Part shown: piece after piece, positions 52,001 through 63,185 of the stretch | Numbering within the stretch: position 1 is the stretch's first letter | Layout: each line of letters begins with the position of its first letter | Assembly (NCBI GenBank): GCA_020536535.1 | Contig: JAHLWZ010000163.1 | Span: 8,325-72,324, forward strand | Source: Pelomyxa schiedti | Taxonomy: Eukaryota; Protista; Evosea | DNA: 64,000 nt | Direction of reading: 5' to 3' | Notes under the pieces: generated by a model | Told to the model about the DNA's origin: nothing | Databases searched by the model: none | Seen by the model: only the letters and a program-made list of their open reading frames with translations | Translations under genes and position numbers: made by a program

Positions 52001-53028
52001 TTGATGCAGAGCGATAGGTAAGGTACCGCTCGTTGATGTATGACTGTCGATATGGCGAATCAAGGGTGGATGGGCAATGCCTTTTGAGGTTTTGTACTTG
52101 GCAGATTTAGGAGGTCGAACTGGCTTTGCTGTATCACTGCTGTCACTATTATCACTTTCCGATTCTCCTGCACTTATATTTCCTTCGACGCGTCGTGTGG
52201 CTCCACCCTCTGCTGGTTGCGTTCCACTTCCATTTTCAGTTCCTAAATAGGCGGATGTGCTTCGCTGAGGAGTTTTGGAGCCGCTACCAAACAATTGGAA
52301 GTCTGGAATTGGCAACTGTGGTGGGGCTGATCCATGATTAAGGCCCACAGGGACAATTGATGGAGATACGTCCAGGGTGAACGGACTAACAGCTGAAGAG
52401 TAAGGAGGTTGAAACTGTGGGATTTTCTGCATTGTATGGGTTGCTTGCTGCATCAATGGGAAAAGGGGACTTATGGTAGGATTGAGGTGTTGCTGGTTAT
52501 CCGTTCCCACTGCTGAAGTAACAGGGGACGATGTTGTGGACCCTTTAGGGGTCCTGCTTGGAGATGCTTGGGGTTGGGCGCCTAGGTCTGGTGATATAAT
52601 ACTACCTGTGTTGAGAAGAAACCTTTACAGTAAGCACTAGAAAATGGGGTAATGACCTGGTAAAGGGTAATCCAGGGGAATGGGCAAAGGTTCTACGGCG
52701 CTATTTCTCTATAAGAACCGAAAACCCGAAGAGAAGGAAATTTAAACCGGGAGTCCAATTGGTCCCCGGAATTGTTCATTGACCACAATAAGGCCTCTTG
52801 GTCGACTTCATGTACAAAGGACTCATAGGAGAGCTGGTTCCTCGCCACATTTTGTTGCTGTGGTAGTTGCGGTTGTTGCAGTTGATTAAAAGCAGAGGAC
52901 TGCAACTGTTGCTGTTGAACTTGTTGTTGCTGCGACAACTGGCACAATTCCCAGACATTCGGCGCCATAGACGCAGATCCGGAAGACGGATCACCAACAC
53001 AGGGCTGAAAGGTTACTGCCGAACACAT
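49038..53028 (-). CDS. MYRF/MrfA-like membrane-tethered transcription factor (NDT80-like DNA-binding domain, ICA/peptidase S74 autoprocessing domain, C-terminal TM)
   Basis: GKVGINTTQPTEALSVVGNIALTGTIYQPS|DVRVKEDI (S-D-x-R-x-K cleavage motif), GIIAQELREVFP, VNKDALLMETVGA, TM LLLLMIIVAAIVIFLVL; ISRMSDPLVVRGNHPGKY closes the DNA-binding domain. Confidence 0.88.
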
Positions 53029-53632
53029 TTTGCCACGTAGATCTCCGCCACGATTAATAACGCACCAAACAACACAACGGGCTGTTGCGTGGTCTGGAAA
53101 GAAAAATAATGATGAGGATTCGAAAACGGGTGCGAAGGAAACATCACCAGACGTTTTTTGTGCAGGGCATTCCAATCAAATCAAACGTATTCTGTGTTGA
53201 TTCCGAGTCCAGCAGTCGCGACTGGAAAGCAGCACCAGATCGCGAAAGGTCTCTTCGGCTAATCGCAGATTGATTTTACATCAATGTTGCCTGTTTGGTG
53301 GATGAACTCTGATCAGGTAAAGAAGCCGATGAAATTTGATTCTTGCACCCTTCCAAGATGCCGTCCTTTCAAGAGCAAAAATCACCCCTGAGGGTTGGCC
53401 AACTTGATCATCGGAAATTCCAAACCGCGATTTATAAGTGACACAATTTACCTGCACCAACATTTCTCTTTCATAATTAAAAAAAACAAACAACACCAAC
53501 ACGACACTTCAACCGCAGGTAGCGGTGACCACGACAGATCTGGTCGATAAGACCACGCAGCAAGATCCCCTACTACACAGGCACAGCCAAGATCGTTGTA
53601 TAGAAAAAACGAACGATAAAACAAACATCGCG

Positions 53633-55068
53633 ATGTTCGAGGACGCACAAGGACAATACTACGGAGCGTACTCCGTTCCAAGCACGCCAACGTATGCCGA
53701 ATACGCTCCGCCGATGACAACCACAACGACGGTTCAGAATGGAACTGTTACTGTCGATTTGCGAAATTATTTCCACCTACCTGTACGCGCTTCCAAATTT
53801 TTTTTTTTTGCGCTTAACATTTGTTCAGATTCAGGTGGTTGCTGGTGAATTGGGAGTATGCACAACAATGCTTAAACAGTTGTGCAGAAAGAACGGTATC
53901 CAGCGGTGGCCTTACCGCAAGGTATGTTATCCTTTTCGTTTTGTTTTCTCCATTCTTATTCTTTTCTAGATACAGAGCCTTAACAATAGCATCCATCAAC
54001 TCGAATGTAAGTTGAGTGGCGCCGGTGGTGCTTTAGGCGAGAGTGTAAGAGCTCTTGCCCAAACACAACTTCTCATCACTCGGGCAAAGAAAGACTTGCT
54101 CATTAACAACCCTAATGCTGATGTAGACCTTACATTCAAAGGTTTGCTTTATCCTCCGCACTCCCACATTTCTTACGCAACTTCAGAATGGACAAAGATT
54201 GCCTCAGGAAAAAGCACTGGAACTATCATGACTCCCCTTTCCGATCTGCCTCCTCCACCGCAGCACACTGCAACAATACGGCAGAAGAAGCGCATCTCTC
54301 GAGCTCTTTCTACTTATACCCCGCCAGCTACTCCTCAGCAGTGCACTCTCCCTATTAAGAGGTCATCTTCAGAAAACCTGGAGTGCCAACGGAAGAAACC
54401 AAGGGTTGATGTTCCCACAATTCTTTGTATGTCATCTTTCAAATGCATTTGATTTTCTGCTAATATACTCCCAGCACATCTGGAAGCCTTGAACAAGGAC
54501 AGAGAAATACTCTCCGAGCACATAAGAAGATTATCCAATTTCCCGGAAAACTGTCAATCAGAGGATGGAATCAAGGAGATGGAGGAGCTAAATGGTAATT
54601 TCCGTGCTCCGCGGTCGAGTTTCATCTTACCTTTGAACAGACGAAAGCGAACTGCTCTTTGCCGAAAACACTTTGTTAACCATGATGCTCCAGTCTCAGG
54701 GAGCAAAACCTTGCGAGCAGACCGCTCAGCCGGTGGACCCGGCAACACCCCCGCCGATGCCTACACCCCCGGCAACACCACCCCCTTCCATAACACCACC
54801 CCCAATCACCCCGCCACCAAGGTCCTCTACCCCCTCCACCCCAACCCACACAACAAACACAGCAACCAGCACCCCTATAAATACACCCGTTCCATCCACA
54901 CCCAGCACGCCAACCACCTGCTCGGAGCCACCCTCCCCACTATCAGCAACCCAACAATCCGCAATGTGCCCCAGCATCACCCAACAGCTGGAGAGCCACA
55001 CTTGTCGTGTGGTATTCCTCCCGCCGCCACCAGCCCACTGGCTATCCACCACCGAAATCGAAGTGTGA
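53633..55068 (+). CDS. RWP-RK domain transcription factor
   Basis: DLRNYFHLP|[31 protein letters not shown]|IQSL is a full RWP-RK consensus. Confidence 0.9.
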
Positions 55069-55362
55069 ATAACCCCAAACACCCTCACATCCCGCGCACA
55101 TCGCCAAGGCACCCACACACTCCACACATACACACCAACCAATGTACCACCAAGTTATCAACACCACACCACAAAACATACACACGTACATTAGAATGTA
55201 TATGTTATCTGTGTGATAAGCCCATAACCGGGCCTATCACAGAAAACAAAATAATTACCTTGAATTCCATTGTCTTTACTTACAAGAGGAAAAAAGTATT
55301 CTTGTTTTTCCTTCACCCCATTCATTAGAATGTGTAGTATTTGTGCTTTTCAGCAGGCTTTC

Positions 55363-57420
55363 TCAGCCGCTGAATGTAATGTGATCCCAAATGTCGAGCA
55401 GGGTTTTCATTGGAGGCCTGAGTGATGGCTTGGCAACAAGGCAACATGAAATAACCTGCCGTGCCCATAATGGCAACGCTACACGCTGCGGTTGTTCTCC
55501 CTCAGCAGTTGTTGATGTGGTTGACTCGGACACTGTTGCAACTTGGAACCTCTCAACCTCAAAGCAATTGTATCCTCCACATTCCAATAATTCCGGCGCT
55601 GTTTGAAGAGACATGTGGATCACTATTAGTTGCCGGGAATTGAATAGGAAAATTACCGGGGGTTGCAGAACTGAAAGATTTTTCGCGGGATACAGAACTG
55701 AATCCGCTGGTTGTTGAAGTGGCACAATTGCTTGCCGGGGCTGTGGATATTTTCCGAGGTCCGGGATTGCTTCTATTCGGTAATGATTTAGTAGTTGTTG
55801 ACCTGATATTTACAAAGGAGAGTGGGGCAACAACGTTGTGGACGAGAATCCCTTTTTTTTGTTGTGAGTAATGGTACCACTAGTAGTAGGTGCTTGGGGA
55901 GAAAAGAAAAGTACCGAAATTCCACACATCACCATGAGTGGTGGGAAGAGTGTCCCCTTGAATGATGCTTCTGGGCTCATGTTCCTAGGTTGGATGTATT
56001 TCAAAAGGTGAAGGAAGGGAAACACCTTTGCCCATGGGCTTGATCCTGCGGGATCCAATGAAATGATCAGAACATTTCCTGTGATTTTATATATTAATAC
56101 CGGAACAGCAGAAAGGGGAAGAGTGCACAAACCAACGTCCACCTCACCGTGGACAACGGCAGGACACTGACTGTGAGCAAGGCCAAATGCAACATCTCTC
56201 AGAATATGTTCCCGCACACACATTGGCAGAACTTCATCTGGTGGCACACCTCGGAGCTGTTGGTTGTCAAGGTACATCACTCTTAGGAGGTCTGCCATTG
56301 AGAGAATTTCGCGAGACTTTGTTGTTGTTGTGGTAAGAGGAAACAATTGAGGAATATCAAGGGGCCGAAGGCGTTCACTCATTCCCAGCAGTGTTGTTTC
56401 ATCATGCAAAGCCACCCCGCAGAACTTTGTGACATTTTGGTGGTCTGGAACGTTGTTCAGTGTGTTCACTTCTGGTATCAGCAATTCCAAACTTTCCAAC
56501 TTCCGAGTTTCTGTTGCCCCCTTTGGGTCGTTGCAATTGGAACACAACACTGTCAAATGGGGTGCAGTGGGTGGCCGTTCACTTCCGTCAAAATTCCTCT
56601 TGTAAAAAAAACTGTTGATTGTGAGTTGGGGAGAAAGAGCCCATTGGTATTCATACAGTCTTTTGAGTGCAAGGTCCTGTCATCTGAACTCGGATGCGAG
56701 TTACTTCCCAAATTTGCACCAATTACTCAGAGCATGCATGAATTCCGGGTGGCATAGTGACGTTTGTTGACGCAAACACATGGCATAGTCCAGACCCTGA
56801 TTTGTTTGAATGAAATGATGGGGGGGCTGTTGGCATTGGGGGTGGTGGAATTGGGGAATTTGTCTCTTCGAGCTACTGGGCCACATGGATACACACAGTC
56901 ACAAATAAGCTTGACAATTGGGGGGATTTATGAGGGACACCCGCCCAAAGACCTCCATTGGCACCAGTAATCGACCCGCGGGGGGGTTTTCCCAACCGGT
57001 TGGGCCTCCAGCTGGGAAATTGGGGATTGCTAGTCCCCGCGGGCAGCACTTGGTGCAAATGGAGGTGGGTCTCAAATGATGTGTCAAGCTTATTTGTACT
57101 GCTCTTTGGGATTGTGTACAGTGCGGCCGCTTCGAAGCAGACTTGTATGGGTTCCACCAGCATAGATGTTGAGGAGTGTGCAGGCAATTTTTTTCAGATA
57201 TCGGGTTCGGTTATATTCACCTGAACTGAACTGAACTGAACTTCACTCGTGATGTCAAAAAAAAAACCTGTTGATTGTGAGTTTGAGGGGAAAAAGTGCA
57301 TAGGTATTAATTCATACAGTATTGAACATCTGCCAGACAGGGGTAATGTGTAATGTGCAGATAATTCTGCTGCGGTCTCACATCAACCACAAACCGCACT
57401 CGTGAGCAGATGATATATAT
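55363..57420 (-). pseudogene. Degenerate TKL-type protein kinase fragment(s)
   Basis: EVNTLNNVPDHQNVTKFCG, HILRDVAFGLAH...VVHGEV, NVLI, NMSPEA, CCLVAKPSLRPPM. No intact Gly-loop, HRD or DFG; upstream part has stops; ~60-bp internal duplication (about 56600-56660 and 57255-57320). Confidence 0.55.
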
Positions 57421-57939
57421 GCAGGCTCTGTCTGGCTGTTCTAGATGCTGTGCATGTGCTTTGCTGGGGGCAAGAGATAGATCCCCCCCGCACTCGTGCA
57501 GTGTGGCACCAGCAGCTGGAGTGGTAACAGAGCCAGAGTCTGCGGCCGGAGAAGGGAGGGATGACCGGTAAGCCGGCGGCGGAGGCGGCGGAGAGGAGGG
57601 GCTGTCGTAGCCGGTGTCGTGATACAAGGAGGGGGGCGAGGACCGGGGGGAGCCAGAGGCACCGGCGGCGTCGGCGTAGGTACCTCTGGTTCTGTGTAAT
57701 TGTATGTTTGTTCTGTGTTGTATCGTCTGTTCACAATTCCAAATGGAAAGAGAACATTCCACCCACAATCTCTTCCAAAGGATTGGACAAGGCAATGTCA
57801 GGGGTAATAACCCAGTCTGCTGGCCTCGTGTTTTGCACAATTTCCTGGAAAACAGGCAAAGGAGGTTTGATGGCAGCCGTCGTTTCGCCCCTGCGAAACT
57901 ACCGTTCCGTTGAAAAAGTGCAGGTCACCGAAACCCACA

Positions 57940-59557
57940 ATGTCGTCGTCGAGCGTGGACACCACTACCGCCGCCGCTATTCCAGTTGCGCCCATGACAT
58001 TCTTTCAGTCAGTGTGGGACGGTGACGTGGGGGCAATTGACAGGATGCTCGCCCAAGGTGTGCACGTGAACGCCCAACCAAATGAAAGGAATAAAGTGGT
58101 GTGTGTGTGCCATGATCCCGGCTTCTTCTTCTTTTTTTTTTTTTTTTAATGCTCAGACTAAAACCCCCTTTATGTATTGGTTATTGTCATTGACGTGTGC
58201 AGACTGCACTGCACTATGCAGCTAGGGGTGGACAGACGGAGTGTATGCAACTGCTGTTTCAAAGAGGAGCTGACGTGAACTTCCAAGTGAGTGAACTTCT
58301 CGCTTAACCTTTCTAATCCTTTTTTTCCCCTATGCAGTGTGTATGTGAACCAAACTACCTCTCCGTCACCGTCTCACTGATTCCTCTCTTTTTCTCTCTC
58401 TTACCTGTATCTTTCATTTCTTGCAGGATGTATGACTCTTTTTCCACAACAATTTCACTCACTTCATCCATGGGTAATCTTTTTTTCTCATTTGTCGCAT
58501 GTATTTGGAAACTTGTTTCATTTTTGCTAGTCTGTATGCGAACTTCCCTCACAATAATTTCACTCACAATTATCTCAATTCCCATTACAATTTCGAACCC
58601 AATATAAAATATCTGAAAGTTAGTATGTATCTCCCGACTCTAATTAATTAGTTTCTCATTCCCAATTATGATGCTTTGGACCTCATTCCTTTCTGACAGC
58701 CTGTATGTAACCCTTCTTAGTTTTTTCTTTCCCATTCCAAAACACAATCTCATTTTAACAGATCGTATGTGAACTCCCTTTCTCCACTCATCTGGATTCC
58801 CTTCTCATCAAAATGAAATGATTTATCAATCACGGCGCTTGGAACCTGATTCACTTTCACGCAGACCGTATGTGAACTCTCCGCCCACAATATACTCACA
58901 TTTCTATGCTTCTCATACCGATCGTGATATTGGAACCGTTGGTTCATTTGTAACAGTTCGTATGTATTTCCCAAATTCTCTCCCCACAGCACACATGCAA
59001 ACTCGCACTCCCTTCTCATTATTCTAATCTCTTTTTCGCGATTACAGATTGTATGTAGTTTCGCCCGCCTTAAACCCTCATTTTCATCCTCAAATAATGC
59101 TGTTACTGATCCCGATTCCCTTTCTTTAGTTTGTATGTGCTCCTATACAACACAACAAAAAGGGTTAACGCGTTTCCAGACGGTATGTGAACTCAACAGG
59201 CCGTTCTCACTTTATTGACATATGTTCCCATTCTTCCGGAAAAATAACAGGGAGACGTATGTGCTCCTATTGCAGTATCGATTGTATTTTAACATTCCCC
59301 AAGACTCCTTTGCATGTGGCCTGCAGGACCGGACACCCAGAAGCTGTTAGGATTCTACTTGAACATCCAAACATTGATGTGAGCATCAAGGTATCTCCCC
59401 TATTCACTTTTTTTCCAGAAATTCATTCCCCCAAGAATGCCAAGGGCCAGACAGCCCTCGACCTTTGCAAGGATGATGAATGTCGCCAACACATGCTAAA
59501 AAAGGTTGTGTGCAATCCTCCCATCTTTTGTTTCTCATCTTCTCTAAGAAGCAATAA
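57940..59557 (+). CDS. Small ankyrin-repeat protein (about 3-4 repeats) whose second hairpin loop is encoded by a microexon array
   Basis: Exons 57940-58095 (..GVHVNAQPNERNK), 58203-58286 (TALHYAARGGQTECMQLLFQRGADVNFQ), 12 microexons, 59304-59390 (TPLHVACRTGHPEAVRILLEHPNIDVSIK), then NAKGQTALDLCKDDECRQHMLKK and stop at 59555-59557. Confidence 0.88.
58287..59303 (+). other. Array of eleven 3-nt and one 6-nt phase-0 microexons
   Basis: AG|exon|GTATG at 58338 TGT, 58427 GAT, 58531 TCT, 58620 TTA, 58700 CCT, 58762 ATC, 58865 ACC, 58957 TTC, 59048 ATT, 59130 TTT, 59180 ACG, 59251 GGAGAC, separated by pyrimidine-rich introns of 47-101 nt. Confidence 0.85.
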
Positions 59558-60665
59558 AGCGACACCGAAACGGCCAAGAACCACACAGCCTCTGATAAAA
59601 CCAGAAACAACTTTTTGATTGCTTCTAAGCCGAAACCAAAAACAAGAAGAAACGTCGCATCGTTCCTCGGGGCTGTCGAGAGTATTATGGGAACAAGTGC
59701 TGGTGCCCTGGGTGGTCGACCAAGCCCTCCCTTGCCGGCGACGCGGTCGCGTGCCCCTCCTCCGCACCGCCGAGGCGGCGTTCCCCCTGGTCGCCGTGTG
59801 TTGCAGGAGGAGGCGGGGAGGAGGGAGGGCCAGGGCGAAGGGAACGAGGGAGAGGAGGAGGGGGAGGGGGACGAGGGGGACAGGGAGCGGGGGAGAGGGT
59901 GGCGGTGCCGAGTGGGCTGGGCTACGGGGGACACCTGGAGAGGGCCAGGGTGTTTGTCGAGAGTAACTGGCGAGGCGTGGGTCGATTCGGATGGGACAGA
60001 ACCACGATACTTGTGGCTGCCTGGAAAAGGACACGCGGGTGGTGGGATCCCGGCCGGGGGAAGCATTCTTGTATGAGTATTTCATATTAGTAGTGTGTCA
60101 AACAGCTCGGCGACCATTGTGGGCCACCATTCTTCAGTGACAACGATGCAATTCACATGTTTTATGTTGAGGGCCATGGAAGCCCCTCAATGGGTGAGTA
60201 AGGTGCCAGTGAAATTGGCTCTCAAATCCAAAGTGCGCACATGAGCAGAAAGGGCTTCCAAGGGAGAAAGGGCTTGCTGCTCTGAAAATCTTTGATATGT
60301 TTTTTATTGTTCATATGGCAAGTCTTCAAGAGCTTTGCCCAGTGAGGAAAACCAAATTGCTGGGAACAAACAATTTCTATGTTGACACCTTCATTTCACT
60401 GGTTCTTTTTTTTATGTTGATATGTTGTGCCAACCACAGTCAACTCAGGAGCAATCTAATCTAATGTGTGGGCCACAGCCAGTTCATGTCATTGACTGGC
60501 CCCTCATCACACCAAACCCTGCTGTTGCTGTTGTGGTGGTGCAACATTGTGAGCCACCTTTTGTCACACCTCCACCACAAGTGCATGCCCAAAGATGGCC
60601 CTCCTGAATCAAAAAAAAAAAAAATTTACGGCCTTGCTTCGGAGAAACGGCGTTTGATATCAAAA

Positions 60666-62794
60666 ATGAGCACCCATCAAACGGCAACCGCGTTGGGTGT
60701 GGATGATTGTGCGGGGATTAGGGGGCTATGGAAGAACACCAAGGGCGCCGGGGCTGCGTCGCCGGGAATGGGGGCTGTTTGGGAGTGTGTTGATTACATC
60801 CAATTCGGCGACGCCNNNNNNNNNNNNNNNNNNNNNNNNNNNNNNNNNNNNNNNNNNNNNNNNNNNNNNNNNNNNNNNNNNNNNNNNNNNNNNNNNNNNN
60901 NNNNNNNNNNNNNNNGGGTGTGGATGATTGTGCGGGGATTAGGGGGCTATGGAAGAACACCAAGGGCGCCGGGGCTGCGTCGCCGGGAATGGGGGCTGTT
61001 TGGGAGTGTGTTGATTACATCCAATTCGGCGACGCCGTGGCGCGTGTGTGTTATGGGAGCGCCGACGCGAAGAAGGAAACTACAACGCTGAGCTACTCTG
61101 TGTGTGGGGTTTTTTTTTTTTTTTTAATTAATTAAATTAAAAATTAAATTATAACATAAGAAAAATTAAAAATAAAATTAAATTTAATAAATTAAATTTT
61201 TTCTTTGTGAAAAAGAGAAGTGAAAGTTAACATAGTGAAAAGATTGATGAAAGCGTTTGTCCAAAGAGGATACAATTTCGTTCAGGCTTTATGTATGGAA
61301 GAGGAATCTTCAAGGTTGAAAAGAGTGGCAAGCACATCCACACTCTGCAACTTCAAATGTGCGATTTGAGCTGTCCTGAGGAGGGCTGGCCAGAGGACTT
61401 TGAAGTGGATCCTCACAAGCACTATGTGCTCTTGGAATTATTTGCGGCATGTTTTCACATGTTATTATTATTCCCATGTCCTCCACTCACCTTATGTCAG
61501 CTACAACTGACTGGGACCTGGCAGAACGACACAGGTGGGCCAGCGAAGTCTCTTGTATTTGACGAGAACAGCAAAGTAACAGGGAGGGGAGTAGGTCTCC
61601 CAGACCCACCTGAACCAATAGATTTCAGGGTTTACTTTCTTTAGTGATGTTATAATCTTGTGTAACACAAGGTTTTATGCAGGTAGACAACACCACCCAA
61701 CCACTGCAGATTACGTTTATCTCACGGGATGGAGAAGCACCTGGAATCTACGAATTCTTGGATTCTTGCACTGTCAGAATTTGTGTTGGTAACCATACTG
61801 AGGGTAGGCCAACAGAATTCAAGGAAGTTGCCGGTAAATCCTACAGCTTATTCACGCTCCGCAAGACACCCAGCCTTGACGATGACACTTGCCCTCCTCC
61901 CGGCTGGGAGGTGGATGTATGTTTCTTCTGCTGTTGGTTGACAAAGAACAACCCACTTCCTCCAGCATGAACTTGATGGTGAATGGAAGGAGGAAGCCAC
62001 AGAAGATAGAGGCCTTGTATTTTGTGGTCCACAAGTGACAGTAAAAGGAGGCCCATGCCCGGGAACAATTGGCTGCCGGGTGTGTTTAAATCTCTGAATT
62101 GGATTCTGCCGCTCACATTCAACAATACAAACAAGCTCAACAAGGCAACAAACCCGCGGCAAATTACATTCTTCAAAGACGCAGCAGAAACTCTCTGCAT
62201 CTACAAGTTCCTGGATCCCAGTACTCTCAAGATTTGTCTGTGCAACACCACTGGCCCGAGACCAACCGACTTCGAGGTTATTCCGGGCTCACCCTACAGT
62301 CTGCTGACATACCGCAAAGTTCCGGACAACGTGGAATCTAACTGTGCGGAACAGGTCCATCCTCATTCCCCTTCCAATCACATCCCCTCACTCTTTCTTC
62401 CAGCATTCCGCTGAGATACTTGGTACCTGGTACGATTGTGAAGGACACTGCTTCTTGAGCTTCGATGGCCATACAATGACAACGAAATCTGAGACGGGAG
62501 GTTCGCCTGAAACAGTACCCTACACGGTTTGGTTTTAACCCGGGAACCCACTTACAAACTCAAACACAAAAGATTGACGAAACAACTACACCAAAGCGAA
62601 TCACCATTGGCGGTGTGGGAAGTACACCGTGGGTGATATCTGGTATATATGAGATGGTTGGCAGTGAAGCAATGAGGCTCTGTATCTGGGAAAGCAATCG
62701 ACCACCCCAAGAATGTGACAGGCCCACTGAGTTCCTTGAGGTGCCAGGAAGGCAGAAGATTTGCAGCTTGATAAGAAAACATCCTTTGGGCTGA
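60666..62794 (+). CDS. Protein with four tandem TIGR03067-like (Planctomycetes-type) domains; spans an assembly gap
   Basis: Four repeats of L.G.W...(K/V)D.T..P.(Q/R)I.F...GIY.(F/L)....L.IC....RPTEF, e.g. FRVDNTTQPLQITF...GIYEFLDSCTVRICVGNHTEGRPTEF. Confidence 0.72.
60816..60915. other. Scaffold gap (100 N) with ~120-bp identical sequence on both flanks
   Basis: 60696-60815 is repeated at 60916-61036. Confidence 0.95.
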
Positions 62795-62861
62795 ACTGTA
62801 CATTGTCGATCATAATTCTTCCCTTCCACCATGTGTAATCTTCACACATTCTCGTTATTAT

Positions 62862-63085
62862 TTATTCATTTTCATGATGTGCAAAGGGGGTGAGTCCATT
62901 ATCAATGACGATCCGGGCAGCCCAGAATAACAGCATCCTGGCCTCAGCAATCTGTTTGTTTGTGAATGTGTGGGATTTGATTGATGGTGGATGAGAGAGG
63001 AGAGGAGACAGTCTCACGTTCTGTTCTTGGCCTTTGACCATAAGAACCGGGAAAGCCACTCTGACTGCATGTGCGAGTTTGAAGA
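62862..63085 (-). CDS. 3' fragment of an arginyl-tRNA synthetase (DALR anticodon-binding domain), cut by the gap and possibly degenerate
   Basis: LFKLAHAVRVAFPVLMVKGQEQN|IAEARMLLFWAARIVIDNGL resembles the ArgRS C-terminal helix (ARL.L..AAR.VL.NG); the usual LLGL.P..RM end appears shortened. Confidence 0.55.
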
Positions 63086-63185
63086 NNNNNNNNNNNNNNN
63101 NNNNNNNNNNNNNNNNNNNNNNNNNNNNNNNNNNNNNNNNNNNNNNNNNNNNNNNNNNNNNNNNNNNNNNNNNNNNNNNNNNNNN
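63086..63185. other. Scaffold gap (100 N)
   Basis: Run of N. Confidence 0.98.

Noticed and set aside
58330-59270. Regularly spaced GTATGTGAAC-like words as a CRISPR-like or satellite array
   Set aside because: The shared word is only 5-10 nt, spacing is irregular (50-104 nt), there are no cas genes, and each copy is preceded by AG-NNN. Splice sites explain it better.
59620-60660. Overlapping 150-220-aa ORFs in GC-rich, purine-skewed sequence
   Set aside because: Low-complexity sequence gives stop-poor frames on both strands; no motif support.
60696-61036. 120-bp direct repeat flanking an N-run
   Set aside because: An exact duplication on both sides of a 100-N gap is the typical signature of unmerged overlapping contig ends, not a biological repeat.
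61108-61205. Extremely AT-rich stretch after a poly-T run
   Set aside because: Low-complexity intronic sequence near a contig end; may be low-quality sequence. No terminal repeats or target-site duplication.
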